64,000 nucleotides of DNA from Vicugna vicugna (taxonomy: Eukaryota): NCBI GenBank assembly GCA_013265495.1, contig MU060486.1, positions 744,001 to 808,000 of the forward strand. Direction: 5' to 3'. Each line of letters opens with the position of its first letter. Within the stretch, counting starts at the first letter, position 1. The position numbers were made by a program, and so were the translations under genes. This document shows, piece after piece, positions 22,201 through 35,240 of this stretch. The notes under the pieces were generated by a model that worked only from the letters and a program-made list of their open reading frames with translations, had not been told where the DNA came from and made no database searches.

Positions 22201-25200
22201 AGCTCACGGGTCACTAGCCTGTCACGCGAGCGCTAAGTGTCACCTTGTCTACTCCATCGTGCTGTCTCTGGGAGCCTGGGTCTTGGCCAGCCCACCAGCA
22301 CCCCCATCTGCAGAGTGAGGACAGGGGTGCCCTCTGCTTACGGGAGGCAGACGTGCAGAGAACGTGAGTAGCGGGTCCTCGCTCCCGGGTTCATGCTTGT
22401 CCACAGACACCAGCCCCGAGCTGCCAGCCAGACACGCGCGGCGGTTCAGAGCTGGAGCTCACGTCGCTTGAGGGTGAGAGTCTCTCCGTAAACTCAGACG
22501 TGGGCCCTGGCGTGGGCTGCTGGCTTCGTGCGAACCCAGTTTCTCAGGAGGTTTAATCCAATCAGGGCCCCGGTTATTTGAAATTTAGGGTCTCGTCTGC
22601 AGCGCTGGCAAGTACGCACTGTACCAACCGCACAGGGAGGAGCTGTGCCCACAGGAGGAGAAGGAGGACGAGGGCTTGGCGACAGGGACGTGGACAGCCC
22701 AGCGGGGGACACTTAAATGGTTCCCTGGACGGGGTCAGATGGCTTGGCAGATCAGGAGAGGTGGAAGCAGGCTCGCTGTGTCTTGCGGCAGGTCCCGCAT
22801 GGCCTAGCCTGTCTCATCCTTGCTGCTTCGTGTCCTCGGGGCCTGCACGGCAGGGATGCCCCTCGCTCGTCTCTGCGCTGCAGCCCCAACACAGTCCTGC
22901 CCCTGGTGGGTTTATTGAGTGACTACTATGCGATCCCCGAACAAAAATCCTTATGGACCTGACTCTCAAGAGTGCTGCTGCCTCATGGGAGAGACAGACA
23001 GGCTGAGGTACTGGCCCGCGTCGCGGAGGTCGCAGCTGACGTGTCTGTGGGGAGCGGCGTGTGCTGCGTGTCGGCCTGTGGGAAGGGCTTGGTTTGCCAG
23101 GGGGCGAGGCCACCTTCGTGTGGAAGCGACAACTGAGCTGAGATCCCCAGGATGAAGGTGGAGATCACCAGAGCCCAGGGGACGGCCGGGGGAGGCAGAC
23201 TGAACGGGATGTGCCGAGGCCGCGCAGCAGAGAGGCTCGGGGACGTGTCCCGTGGGGCTGGAGCGAAGAGGAAGGCGGTGGCGTCCTGGATGAGGCTGGG
23301 GGGCTGGGCGGGGCCAGACGATGCCCGCAGCCCTGGAAGCTCATGTCAGCCGTCTCGGTCTTGATTCCAGAAGGGATGGAACATCACTGTGTGGCGTGGG
23401 GGGGCCGTGACCGACACTCTGAGTCTTGCTCTTGTGCAGTCTGCAGAGTGGGTTCGAGCTGAGCGGTCATGAAGGGGGAGGCCGGATGGGAGGCCGACCA
23501 GCAGCTCAGATGGGAAACGGCTGGTGGTGTCGGATCCGGGAGACGTGGATGACGTGGGAGCCTCTGCAGGAAGGTTGTAGGCGCGCCAGCGCATCTGAAG
23601 AGTCCAAATCTAGAAGCAAACCGCCGTTAGCACTGGCGGCCCCTTCAGGAGCGTGGGGAAGAGAATCTGTCCTCAGAGTCCTGCTCACCAGACGCTTCTT
23701 CCCGTGAGGGTGTGATTCTGCCCCGGGACGAGGAAGAAGCTGTTTGGAAATTCCATCAGTCCTGGAGCCTCATACCCTCAGCCCCTTAACCGGTGTCCGC
23801 TCAGGGTCTAACGTGGGAGCTTAGAATTGCATCGCTCGCTCCCCATCCATCAAAACAACTGCGAGGGCCCTGGTGGTGGTGTCCGCCGGACTCTGCCCAC
23901 GGTGACTTCCTGCTGAAAGAAACCAGGCGTTTTAGAGATGCTTTGATGGGACGCCAGAGTGATTTATGGAGACGAGGACACAACTGTTGCACAAATATCA
24001 CTGTGATGACGGGGAGGCACCCATGACCTCCCCCTGGCGCCCCTGCCCAGACGAGTCGCACTGGTTTGAGTGGGAAAGTAGAGGTCCTCAGAACTGAGAG
24101 GGACACTGGAGATGGCTGGGTCGCTTCCTTTCATGACACGGATGAGGACACTGAGGCACGGGGAGTCTGAGTGTCTCACCTAAGGCCACAGCGTCAGGTA
24201 GGGGCCGGCCCACATGGCAACACAGAGTTTTCAGTAACCTGTGTTCGCAGCACATGACGGGCTGAGCTGGGCTCTCCTCCTCGGCTGGGAAATAGACTTG
24301 TACCCTCGGCCGCTGCTGTTCCCTGAAGCCCTGTCCCCTCACTGCCCGGGGAGCACGTGGATTAGGGTGACTCCCTGGTATCTGCTGCCCGAGGACCAAA
24401 GGGGCAGGTCAGAGACCAGAGAGAAGCCTGTCCCACTCAGAGACACCCTCATCCTTTGAGTGACCTTTTTAAAGGAACCGGGAGACTGCTAGAACCAGTT
24501 GTTCCTTGCTGTGCAGAAGGGCGTGTGTGGCGTGAATGCCAAATCCCAGGTGTGTGTCCGCCTGACTTGTCTGGTCTACACGCTGTGAGGGGTGCCTGCC
24601 TGTGTCCTCACTCGGCCCTCAACACCGAGAGAAGGTTCCCGCTGAAAGTGCACCGTCTGCACACTGACGATGCAGGGCCAAACGGTGACCGACAGTGTGC
24701 ACAGTGCGGCCACGTGTGCCCTGACCGCCCCGTGTGACGGTGAGGGGAAGAGCCCTGGCCCCTCCGTTCCCCAGCCCACAGCCCCTGGCCTCCACGGTGG
24801 GCCGCGCAGGGGTCGTAGGCAAATGCAGAAAGGGGAGCCGGGGTTCAGATCTGAGCAGACACGAACACAGGGGCGTGTCCAAGGGGGCAGAACTGCCGAA
24901 ATGTGACCGTGCCGGGGCCGGGCACCTGCGGGCATTTTCCTTCTAGGGAGCGAGGCCTAAGGCAGCCGTGCTGCTCTGAACACGCCAACCTGGTTCTTAA
25001 GAGCCCGGTGCCAAGGGATCCCCCAGCTCCTGGAGGAGAGGAGAAAGCTGGAAGAGGGAGTGTGGAGATGGAAATAGCCCGTCAGCCTCCAGCCTCCAAG
25101 GGAGCTGGCGTTTCCTTGGGAGTCCCCTGGCTCCATCCCATGGGGACCAGAGCGCCCAGTCCTCCTTGGCACAGGGGCGGTGCCTCTGCGTGAAGCCCGG

Positions 25201-27471
25201 ACGGGGAGGGACAGTGAATCCGCTCTCAGGGTTCTGTGTCTCTGCCTGACGGGCCCTCCTTTGCTTGGGGAGAGGTCCTGGGAGTGAGGGGTGCTGCCAA
25301 CAGCCACCCCCACGGTGTCCCTGGAGGTTGGGTAGCCCCCTGTTGTGACCCCACAACTCTTTCCTTCCTTCTTTCATTTATTTTGAAAGGGGACACCCAG
25401 CCCTTGTGCCGTCAGCTGGTGGGAGCTCGGCAGCAGAGGCCTCGGAAACCAGGACGCGGGCCCCGGCTCTGCCTCTGCGCCTGCGAGCTGGGCGGACCTG
25501 CACGAACCTCTCCACGGCTCTGAGTCCTCCCGGTCACCTGGGAGAGGACACTGGTTTACCTGCCTCCCGGCCGGTTGTGAGCCAGCAGGGCTGCGGGGCA
25601 GGTGCGCTCTGTGCGGGCTCGGCAGCTCCGGGCGGGCAGGTCTCACGGCCTCACTGGGTCAGGCTCCTCTCTCCGACCGTCTCGCTGTGGCCGTGATGGG
25701 GCCGTGGCTGTAACTGACATGGAGAACCTGCCAGAGTCCCGGGAACGTGGCTGTGGAGGACGCGCTGTCGGGGATCGCCCGCGCTCACGGCCCAGGGTGG
25801 AGCAGCGCTTGGTTTGCGTCTCCTGTTTCCATGGAGGGTCCTGGAAAGTGGTCTGTGTTTCCCCAGCTGAGCTGCTCCGGCCCCACCAGGGGACGCGGCC
25901 TCTGCTTTTTTGGGTTGATGTGAGAGAAACCTAAATGGAGTTGAGAATCGCTCAGTACGGAGGGGCTGAAGTCCAGGTGAGAAGCGCCCCTGCTCTGAGT
26001 GCCAGGCCTGCCGCCATCTGCCTCCTAAGCTCGCGTCGCTGCTGAAGGTAGAATTTTGGGGAGCAGTGGGGGTGCAGGGGCCCTCCTTGGTGCTCCTGAA
26101 CACGCGCTGGGGAGGGACCGACTAGCTCTCCCCCCACGGGCTCATCAGTGAGTCCCTGGTGACCCGACTCCTCCGCTCAGGCCCCAGGGGAACCCCTGAA
26201 GCCTTGCAGCTGCGCTGTGCTGACCCAGGTTAGACCCACCGCCTGCTGTGGGCCTGGGCGTGCAGCGGGTGAGTCCCAGAGTTGCGCTCCTGTCTCGTGC
26301 CTGCCCGAGTCCGACGTGCCCGGCTTCTCGGGAGCCTCGGGAAGGGCCTGTCCTGAGTGGGTGGGGACGGTGAGAGGGGCCTTGAGACCAAGGACTGCCA
26401 GGCACACCGCGCTCCGAGCGAGCCGCCCTGCCCGTGTCACCCGGCTGCCTTCCGTGGCTCCGGCCCGCAGGGCCCTGGCTGTGAGCCGGTCCCGGGAGGA
26501 GGGCAGAGCCGGCTTATTCCCTACCCGCCTGCCGAGTCTCTGTCTCGTCTCGGGCGGGGCGCTGCTCAGGCCCTCCTCTGGAACCAGAGCACTGGTTTTT
26601 CGTAAGATATTAATGTTGAAAACCAGGCTTCGTGCTGCAGTGGGAGCACGGAAGTGACGGGAGAGGTCGGGGGGTGGGAGAAGCCCAAGGGCAGCAGGGG
26701 CGAGTCTTCCCTGCAGGAGCGCCCGAGACTCTCTGTTGTTCTTTATTTTCGAGTTTTCACGACAGTTCTTTGTTCAGCTGCTTTCCGTGGTGACACCTGG
26801 GAAGAAGTGACAGTGGGCGGCTTCGCACCAAGAGAAACCTTCAGCTTCACTGTCCTGGACGTGGGCTCTTGGGCCAGTGCGCCTCTCGGCAAGGCTCGTG
26901 CTTGGCTTTATTTTGCTCAAAGAAATGGATACACAAGAAATACCTTAATTATTCTCCCACTATCCTGACGTCTACCGTCTTGCACTGTGTTGGAAGCAGG
27001 GTCAGCATGAAGGCCACCGGCCCAGCTTACAGCTGGAAGGGAAGTCAGGAGGGAAGTGGAACTCGGAAGGCCTGGAGGCCAAAGACAGGGAAGGACGTGG
27101 GCCACGCACCGGGCCAGCAGGCGAGAGGGGCCGGGGGGGAGGCTGAGGCAGAGGGCGCGGTGGCCGCCCAGCGATGGGCACCGGGAGCAGGGGTCTGAGT
27201 CTGATGCTCCTGCCTCGGAGCCGGGACCTGCCAGTGCCGAGGAGGCCGATAGGTGCCTTCAGGGCCTGTCGCCCGCGGGAGCAAGATCTGCCATGGGCAG
27301 CACCCCCCAGGCCCTGGAGGGCAGGCCAAGCACCGGAGAAACATCGGAGACCCCGGAGTCAGCACAGTGCACCCGGGGGCCCCACGCCCTGACCCCAGCT
27401 GCCTCTGATCAGCCAGAGTTCCACTCTCTCTCTTCACTTTCTACTATTTAAGGAAATGAAGACCTGTGTGA

Positions 27472-27690
27472 TGCTGGTGTCCAAACTTTGTTTTCGAGCC
27501 TGTGCACACAATGTGTTTATTTATGCAGAAATTGTATGTATATATATATATTTATGTATTTATATATTGCTGTACATACGTGATGACGAAAAGGATGAGA
27601 TGGAAATAAGTGAACAAAGACAGGAACTCTGATATCCCTTCCCTTCACTCAAGGTGACTCTCAGCGCATCCCCGGGGGTGAGGGCCACTG
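27472..27690. mobile_element. Probable hAT-Charlie-type non-autonomous DNA transposon fossil
   Basis: TIR-like ends ('ctggtgtccaaa' ... 'ggccactg'), a TA-rich interior and 'aaaaggatgagat'. Family recalled only loosely. Confidence 0.4.
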
Positions 27691-29086
27691 GGGCCCAGTC
27701 AGGACAGAAATGTCCAATCATCGTTGGCAAAAGGCTCTGGGGGCCCTGGCCTCGCCGCCTCTCCCTGGGGCGCAGTAGGGGGCTGTCCTTGGCCGCAGAC
27801 CACTCTGGAGGCTGGCTCGGTGCAGTTGCTATGGAAGGCCCGTCCGAGAGCAGCTGGTGGCCTTCAACAGTGCTGTCTTTGTGGTGAGGACGAGGACCGT
27901 GGCAGTGGTCACAGACCCGCACCACGGATAGTCTCTCGTTTATCAGAAAAGACCATTGAAGGGAAATGAACGCAAGACAGTCTTTGTGGGGGAAGAAGCT
28001 GAGTGCGGGGACCCCCCGTCCCCGCTGCGTGTGGTCCTCATCTCGAGTCTCCGCCTCGTCCTCCTGCTGTCACGGCTCTTCTCCAGGGACACCTGCTGCG
28101 AGGTGCTGAGGTCCTGGCTTGGAAGGTGCCCGCTCCCCAGAGGGGAGGTCCAGCTGGGGCAGGGCTGTCGTGAACCCGCAGTGATGCAGACACGGGAAGG
28201 AGTAACACAGGAAGCTAGGCAGTGGGAGCGTGTCCCCGCACGTGGTCCCAGCCTTGGCAGCAGCCGGGACCAGGGGGCCCTCGGGTCTCTGGCTGCAGGA
28301 AACACCCTTGGCCACGGCCCTGGCCTCTGCTCTCTGGTGGCCATGGCTGTGTTGGGCTCGTGGCCACCGAGGGGCCGGTCACGCCTGTTCTGGGGGGACA
28401 CGGCCTCCTTGAGGGGCGACTTCGGCTTGAGGCTCCCCAGGGTCTTTGCCAACCTTCCTTAGAAGGACTCGCCTTCCCAGTCTGCCAGCCTTCCTGCGGC
28501 CTCGCCCTCGCGCCCCCCGGGGCCAGAGCTGCACCGCAGTCCAGCCTTTCCGGCTCCATCCCCACCGTCTCTCCCAGATGCTGCACGTCCAGTCCTGTCG
28601 TGCCGTCTGGGTCTGGACGGGTCCAGGCTGGCTTCGTGCTGCTGGGATGCCGGACGAGGCGTTGCTGCCCACTCCAGCCCCTTCCAGCCTGCACCACCCG
28701 CCCCCTCCGCAGAGCCCGGCGGGTCTCCCTGCAGCGCCGGGAGAGCGACGCGGTCCCAGCACCAGGAGAAGCGTGCGTGTTTGGAGCCTCCTGAACAAAG
28801 TGCGGGAAACCCTCCCCAGAGCCTGGGGAACGAGGCACTTTTGTAAGCGGCCCCACTCCCCTGTCTCCTCACTTGGGCTTCTGGGTTTTCTCGGCTGATG
28901 GTGAAGGGGTTTCCTTTCTCCCTCGACTTGAACCACATCCGTGTGGCAATGCCACGCACACTTTCCGCTTCCGTCTCATCTTCCCGGTCTGTGATCTGGG
29001 GCACGCTCGCCGTGTGGCTCACCAAGCTGGTTCCACCTTCAGTGACGCTTCTGTTTTTAGCTGCTGTGGTTGCCTGTCAGCTTCTT

Positions 29087-29249
29087 TCTTTCTTTAATTT
29101 TTAATGCATTTTACTTTACAGTTTTTTTATTGGAGCACAGTCAGTTACAATGTATCAATTTCTGGTGTCCAGCACGATGTCCCAGTCACACACACAGCAC
29201 AGGGAACTGCATTCAGTACCTTGTGGTGACTTTTAATGGAAACGATCAC
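29087..29249 (-). mobile_element. Very short 5'-inverted (twin-primed) L1 insertion with 15-bp TSD
   Basis: T tract plus antisense L1 terminus (ttattggagcacagtcagttacaatg...cccagtcacacacac), joined to a sense 3'-UTR piece (agcacagggaactgcattcagtaccttgtgg). TSD gcctgtcagcttctt (29072-29086) / gcccgttagcttctt (29250-29264), 13/15 identical. Confidence 0.8.
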
Positions 29250-32200
29250 GCCCGTTAGCTTCTTGAACTCGGTTTCCCTAACGTCCCCGTGCCACCGGCA
29301 CTCTGGGCCCTTCTGGGCTGGGGGGGTGGTCTGCAGGGGGGTGAACTGCATCCCTGGCCTCTCCCCACAGATGCCAGCAGCACCTCTCCAGCTGTGACAA
29401 CCAAGCGTCGACAGGTGTCCCCTGGGGGGCACAGCTGCTCCCGGCTGAGCGTCACCGCTCTGTGGTTTTACGCGTCAGGACGGCCCCTGCACCCCGACTG
29501 TGTCAGCTGTGCCTCTCAGCCCCTGAGGGGCAGCCTCCTCTTTCATTCCACAGCCGGCACTGCTCATCTGCCCTGGTTTCAAGTCCGTGAGAAGCTTCTA
29601 ATTCTCAGTTTGTTTGTCCACTGAAAATTCGGTTTATCCGAAACCTGTAAATTGGGTCACTGACCGCCTCATCAGTGCTGCGTGCTCGCTCAGGAATGCT
29701 CTGCGGGAGCGGCTGACCCGAGGGCCGTGCTTGGTAACAACACTGTAGGCACGGGCTAAGGCTGGTCTCCGGAGGGCTCTGTCTGGAGCGAAACAGAAAG
29801 GAAGGGTCTCAAGCCATAACCGCGCTCTCAGTTTAGCCGGGCTGCCACTTGCTGAGCATGTGCAATTCTTATTGGCCGAGCTGTTTCAGCAGCTTTTCTT
29901 CAGGGCAGACTTAGAGTTTACTTCACTCGCTCGAGGGCAGGCAGGGGTGCGAGCGGCAGCCCGGACCAGGCTCCTATGCACGGACACTTGAACCTCAGCT
30001 AAAACGAAGTGTCTGAAAATTAGTGGGTTGTGAATAGTGTAGCCCGACCCACGAGGACGGCGGTGGAGCTTTGAGGTCGATGTAAAAGCTGAGCCAATTT
30101 GAAAGAAAAGTTATTTCCTGCAGCCGAGCAGTGAGAGGGGCCCTAAGTGTCTGGGCTGCTTGGGGGGAGGGGGGTTTGGTGCGGCCGTGTTTATGTACTG
30201 GCGTGCACTGTGCAGAGTTTTGTACACACCACAGGTGCGCCCTGTAGTGAGCCGCAGCTCTGAAGGCTGCACCCGCCGCAGTCCTTGTACAACGGACTGC
30301 TTCTTGACGCCAAGGCGGGATCTTTGGCAGGACACTCAGCGTGCCCTGCGTCTGCCCACGGCCGTTCTGTGACCGGGACGGCTGGGAGCTCCAGTGCAGA
30401 GGATGGGAGCAGACGAGGTGAGCCGGAGTGGAGCTGGCAAAAGCCAGGTGGGAATGTTTGATGGGTCCCTGCCTCTGCCTCCCCTGTTGGAAGTGACTCA
30501 CGGGCTGAAGCACCCGGCCCGTGTTCTAGGGGCCAGTGCCTTAGGGCTCCAAGCCTGCGGCGCAGCCAGAGTGCCGCCTCTGTCAGCCGCTCGGCGGAAA
30601 GCCGACCCGGCCCTGTTCAGCCCCGGCCCTGCTCTGGCTTCTCGTTTGCCCGCGGCTCTGCGGCCCCCTCCGCGGCCACCGCCAGCACTGGAGCCCTGAG
30701 GCTCGCCGACACCCGGCGATGTGACCCGTGTCCACGGTGACTTTCTGGCGTCCTGACCCGTCCAGGGCACCTGTGCTCCTTGCAGACCGTGCTGTCCGAG
30801 CCCCCGACTGCTGTGGGGAGAGCCCTTCCCAGCCCCGGAGGGGCCTGGCGCGAGAGGACGGATGCTTTGGCATTCTGAGTCGTATTTCCTTCCCACCGTC
30901 AGCTGACCCTGCTGGCCTGATTTCTCTGCTGCTGGGTTGTTGACGACAATAATTTTAGAAGCTAAACTGTTAATTCCTGCGGCCTGGCTCGCTGATTAGG
31001 GCCCTTTCACGAGCCCCACTTGTAAACGCCAACTGTGGTGTAGGTGAAACTGCGTGGGCAGCAGTTCGTTCTTCAAGGTCACACCTGCCAGGGCGTCTGG
31101 CCAGCGCCCACTCTGAACCAGGCACCGCAGCCTCGGGACAGGAGCCTGAGCCAGGGCCACTCGGAAAGGGCTGCCCTGGGAACACAGCCACTGAGCTGTG
31201 CCCTCCCCAGCGTGAGTGGGTCTTTCAATGGGAGAGTCCGCCGTGTGGAAGCATCCTGGGCAGGCGGGCCGGCCGCACAGGAGACAGCCAACGGCCCGTG
31301 TTCCCTTGGGCACCTTCCGAACCTTCCGTGACTTAGGTGGGAGCTGCTGTGGTGGATCGTGGGCGGAGGTTCACGGAGGAGCGTCGTCAGAGGAAGTCTC
31401 CGGGGATCTCAAGGCAATCTCAGTGCAAATGCTGAACAGCACTGCCACGCTGCCACACTGCGGAGTCAGGAGGGGGTCTTGGGGAGCACAGCCTCCTTCT
31501 GTCCGTCTGTCCTGTTGTCCTGACTGGGTGGTGGGAGGTGGTGCCACACAAGGCTGGGGAGGCCCAGCCAGCCCCAGCCCCCACGACCACAGCCAGCCGC
31601 TCCTCCCTGCCCGCTTCCGTGTGCCAGGTGTGTCCAGCACCAAGGGACCAGGCTGCCGACCCGGGCAGGTGAGGTCTGTGGTGCAGATCCAGGGGAGGTG
31701 ACTCTTGACAGCCCTCTGGGAGTCCCTGTTCTCTCTCTGTGTGATTAGGGGGCTGGGGCCAGTTCCCTGCTGGGCCAGAGAGAGCGTCACTCACAGCAGC
31801 CCCGACCCTCATCTGACGCCCGTGGGCTGAACTCACAGGGTGCCGCAGGGCTCCGCTGGGCAGGGCTGCCGACCCGACCTGAAGGCGCCTCTCTCCCAGG
31901 ACGTGGGCCCCTTCTAAGCCTGCCTCACCCTCTCCCGTGGGGAACCGGGGGTGGAAATCTCCCTGGACCACTACGCTGAAGGTGGACGCAGAGGCCAGAG
32001 AGCGAGGAAAGCAGGGATTAACCCCCAAGGCCCAGCCCAGATGCCTTCTTCTCCAAGCAGCCTCTGGGCACTTCACCCAGGAAGCAGCTCTTCCCTCCTG
32101 ACCTGCCAGCGTTGGTTCTCAGCCTTGTCTGCGCTTTGGGACCACCTGGGGGCAGCTGCAGATCAGCCCAGACGCCCCTCAGGCCCTGCTCCCTGAGACT

Positions 32201-32476
32201 CTGATGTAAGTGGTCAGGGCTCAGCGTCAGATGTTCGGATTTTATAAAACGTCCCCTGGTGACCTTGATTCTGGCCGTGGCTCATCTGGGATTTTAATGG
32301 TTTACCGTCTTGATGGCCACTTATAAGAGTGTCTTTACTTTGTCTCTGTGATCAGGGAGTGAACTCCTGGGGGTCAGGAGTCTCCTGTTCCCCAAGAGAG
32401 AGCTGCGTGGGGCCGCCGAGGGGCCGCCAAGGGGCTGCAGGGCCCGGACCCCAGCCTCTGTTCTCTCACCGCAGCG

Positions 32477-32545
32477 CCTGCTGTGTGACCTTGGGCGGGT
32501 CACTGGGCTGTTCTCAGCCTCAAGGGTCTTCTTTACAAAAGCAGT
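32477..32545 (+). mobile_element. MIR core fragment
   Basis: 'tgctgtgtgaccttgggcgggtcact' matches the MIR core. Confidence 0.55.
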
Positions 32546-35019
32546 TTGCACTAGAGGACCCGTAAGGTGCCGGCGGCTCTGATGTTTTGTGATTCTAATG
32601 GGCACTCGGAGAGCAGGGCCTGATGGCGTTGGCCCAGCCTTGAGGCCGTGTTTGACCGGCTCTGGCCTGCCTCCACCACCCCCGCTTCACAGGGTGAATG
32701 CTGGCGCCTTCGCCTCTGAAGACGCGTCTCCTCGGCCGGAGGTCAGCCTCTCGTTGCGCTTTCCCACCACGCCTTCTCCGGTCCCCGTGTTGCCCGGTCC
32801 GCGCTGCGGCAGGCAGTCCCTCCAGCCCTCCGAGCCGCTGGCCTGGCTTCAGGAGGAGGGCTTCTCTGTCCCGAGTCCCACCCTGTGGAGGGATGGGAGA
32901 AGCGGGCCCACTTTCTGAATCCAGGTTCTCGAGTTCATGGAGGAGAGCGGGAGAAGGATGCTAGTGCAGGAACCAAGAAGTCAGTGCGGGAAGCCTGCTG
33001 GGCGTGGAGGGAGGGGTGGGCGCCTGGGGCCCCATGGGAGCACGTAACGAGTCCAGGGGAAGGCGCACGCCGGCGGTGGAGATGCGCACAGGACGGGGTC
33101 GCCGGCCCCCGCCCCAGCGCAGAGCAATGGCTGTAGCTTTTGCACAGGCCGGCTGAACGGCGACTGTTCTGCCTGGGGTGCCAGGGTCAAGGTTTTTTGC
33201 TCCTGTGGTTCAGGCAACGCCCTGAGTGGCCTCTTGCAGCAACCGCCGCGTCCGCTGGCTGGAGGAGGGCCGGCCCCACCTCCTCCTGCCTTCTGCCGGC
33301 CTCCGGCCTCCGTCCCCTTCCCGGTCTTGTCCTCCCACCCAGTTCTCCCAGGAACGCAGCTGAAACAAAACAAAACTCAACCTAACATCCTGCTGACCCG
33401 TCCACACGGTTCCTGAGGGGTCGTGATGACAGGGCTGGTGGAGGAAAAGGCAAAGACGGGCCGCCTCCTGCCGCAGAGGGAGCTGGAGGCTTTGGGGGGT
33501 GAGCCCGAGTTAGGGGGACGCTAACAGTGTCCTGACTGTCTCCGCGCTTCCAGATGGGCGGCTCATGCTGGTAAGACGCTTGTGTTCAGGGCAAACAGCA
33601 GCCCTGAGCCCAAGGGGAGACCTGGCGCCGCCTTCGCGTCGACAGGCGGCAGCCCCCGGGCCGGCGGGCTCGCCGGAGGGAAGCCAGCGCTGGCGGGCAG
33701 TGTCGGTCCCTGCGGGGAAGGCGGCTGAGGCAGGAATTCAGCCTCCGGTCACGGTGCCTCCGGGGACGGGCTCCACGTGGCCTTCGTGGGTGGGGAGGCG
33801 GCAGTTAGAGTGCTTCCTAACTGGGAGCGTCCGTCCCCAGTTAGAGCAGCCGGGGAGGTCGTGTTCCCTTCCTTCGGGGCTCGGTTCACACCAGTTGTGG
33901 CTCAAGTCCGTCACGGGCAGACGTCCACCAGGGGGATGAGAAACGCAGTAGGTGGACAGTGTGTGACCGGGGCCAGACTGATGGGGCCAAGTCCGCGGTG
34001 CCAGCAAAAGGGTGTGGGTGAAAGCAGTGGGGGCGAAGGGCAGGTGGGTGAAGCGGCAGAGAGCAGAGGGACCGGGCGGCGGGGTGGGGTGTGGCTGTGC
34101 CCCCGTGGACGGTGGGGAGTCGAGGTGACACTGAATCGTAATCTGAACCTTGTCTCAGCGTCCCGCGCCTGGGCTCCCTGTGTAACGAGCAGGACCCTGC
34201 GGGGCCTCCCTGGACAGGCACCCCCTCCGTAGCCTCTGCGTCAGCGCCTCTCTGAAGTCCCTGGAGAACAGTACCTCCTGAGTTGTCTCACAGGAGCTCA
34301 AACGCCTGCCAAATGGAAGAAATCAACTACTTAGGGACCAGGAGCACCTACCCCCGGACCTGCTGACGCCTAAGGGTGGATACGGTTAACCCAGCGGCCA
34401 TCAGCCGACAGGGAACTGTGCACCAGCTGGTCCCTCACGCCGGGGCCCCTCCCGCACCTGGCCTGTAAAGCTGCCTCCCGGAAACCCAGGGCGAGTTCGC
34501 GTGTTCGGAGCGCTGGGCGCCTGGGCTCCTTGCCTGGCACCTGCAGTGGCCACTGCGCTTTCCTTCACTGCGACCCGCGTCCGTGGCCTGGCTTCACTGT
34601 GCGGCGGGCAGACCCCGGTTTGGTTCGATGACACTCGCAGGAGCTCTGCCTGTGGCCACAGCTCAGCCTCTCGAGAAAAGCAGGGGCTACCCTGGGAGGA
34701 TGCCCTGTCCCCGGTCAGGGTCAGTCACCTCTCTGCCCAGAGGGGCTTCCTGCCCCTTCTCTGCAGGGCACTGTCTTCAGCAGTTTCCCACTCAAAAGGT
34801 ATTTCTTCCTACTCAGATGTGAGGCTCTTAACAGACGTATAAAAGGTGAGGTCACTTTCTCACCTTCCCAGAGAAGGAGCCCTGGCGTTGGTGAGGCCAA
34901 GCGTCCTCTCTAAGGCTGCGCAACATGGCGGAGGACTCGCCGCCCTGGCCTTGGCGCCCACGCTGTTCCTGTTGCCCGTGTGCGGCTGCGCCAGCTCCAT
35001 CCGTCTCTCCTGACTCCCT

Positions 35020-35240
35020 CAGGGGTGTCTCAACCTTTCTTAGTCTGTCTCATGTAAGGTCCCTGTTGGCCATTTTTGCTTCTGTATTTTAATGATTTGG
35101 ACTAATTTCCACTTTATTTTTGTATTTGTTTTAACACAATCACTTACAATGAGGCTAATGACATTTTGTCTCCATGGTGGTGCATTTTAATTTGGTCTCG
35201 GAAATGTCAGCGTGATCGGGCAATTTGGTATCTCGGAAAC
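35020..35240. mobile_element. Possible hAT-type DNA transposon fossil
   Basis: Begins 'caggggtgtctcaacc', a hAT-like terminus, followed by an abrupt AT-rich block. The other end was not identified. Confidence 0.3.

Noticed and set aside
24930-25950. Possible additional MaLR/ERVL LTR fossils here and at 39700-40130
   Set aside because: I could not match diagnostic termini or consensus blocks from memory. RepeatMasker would be needed.
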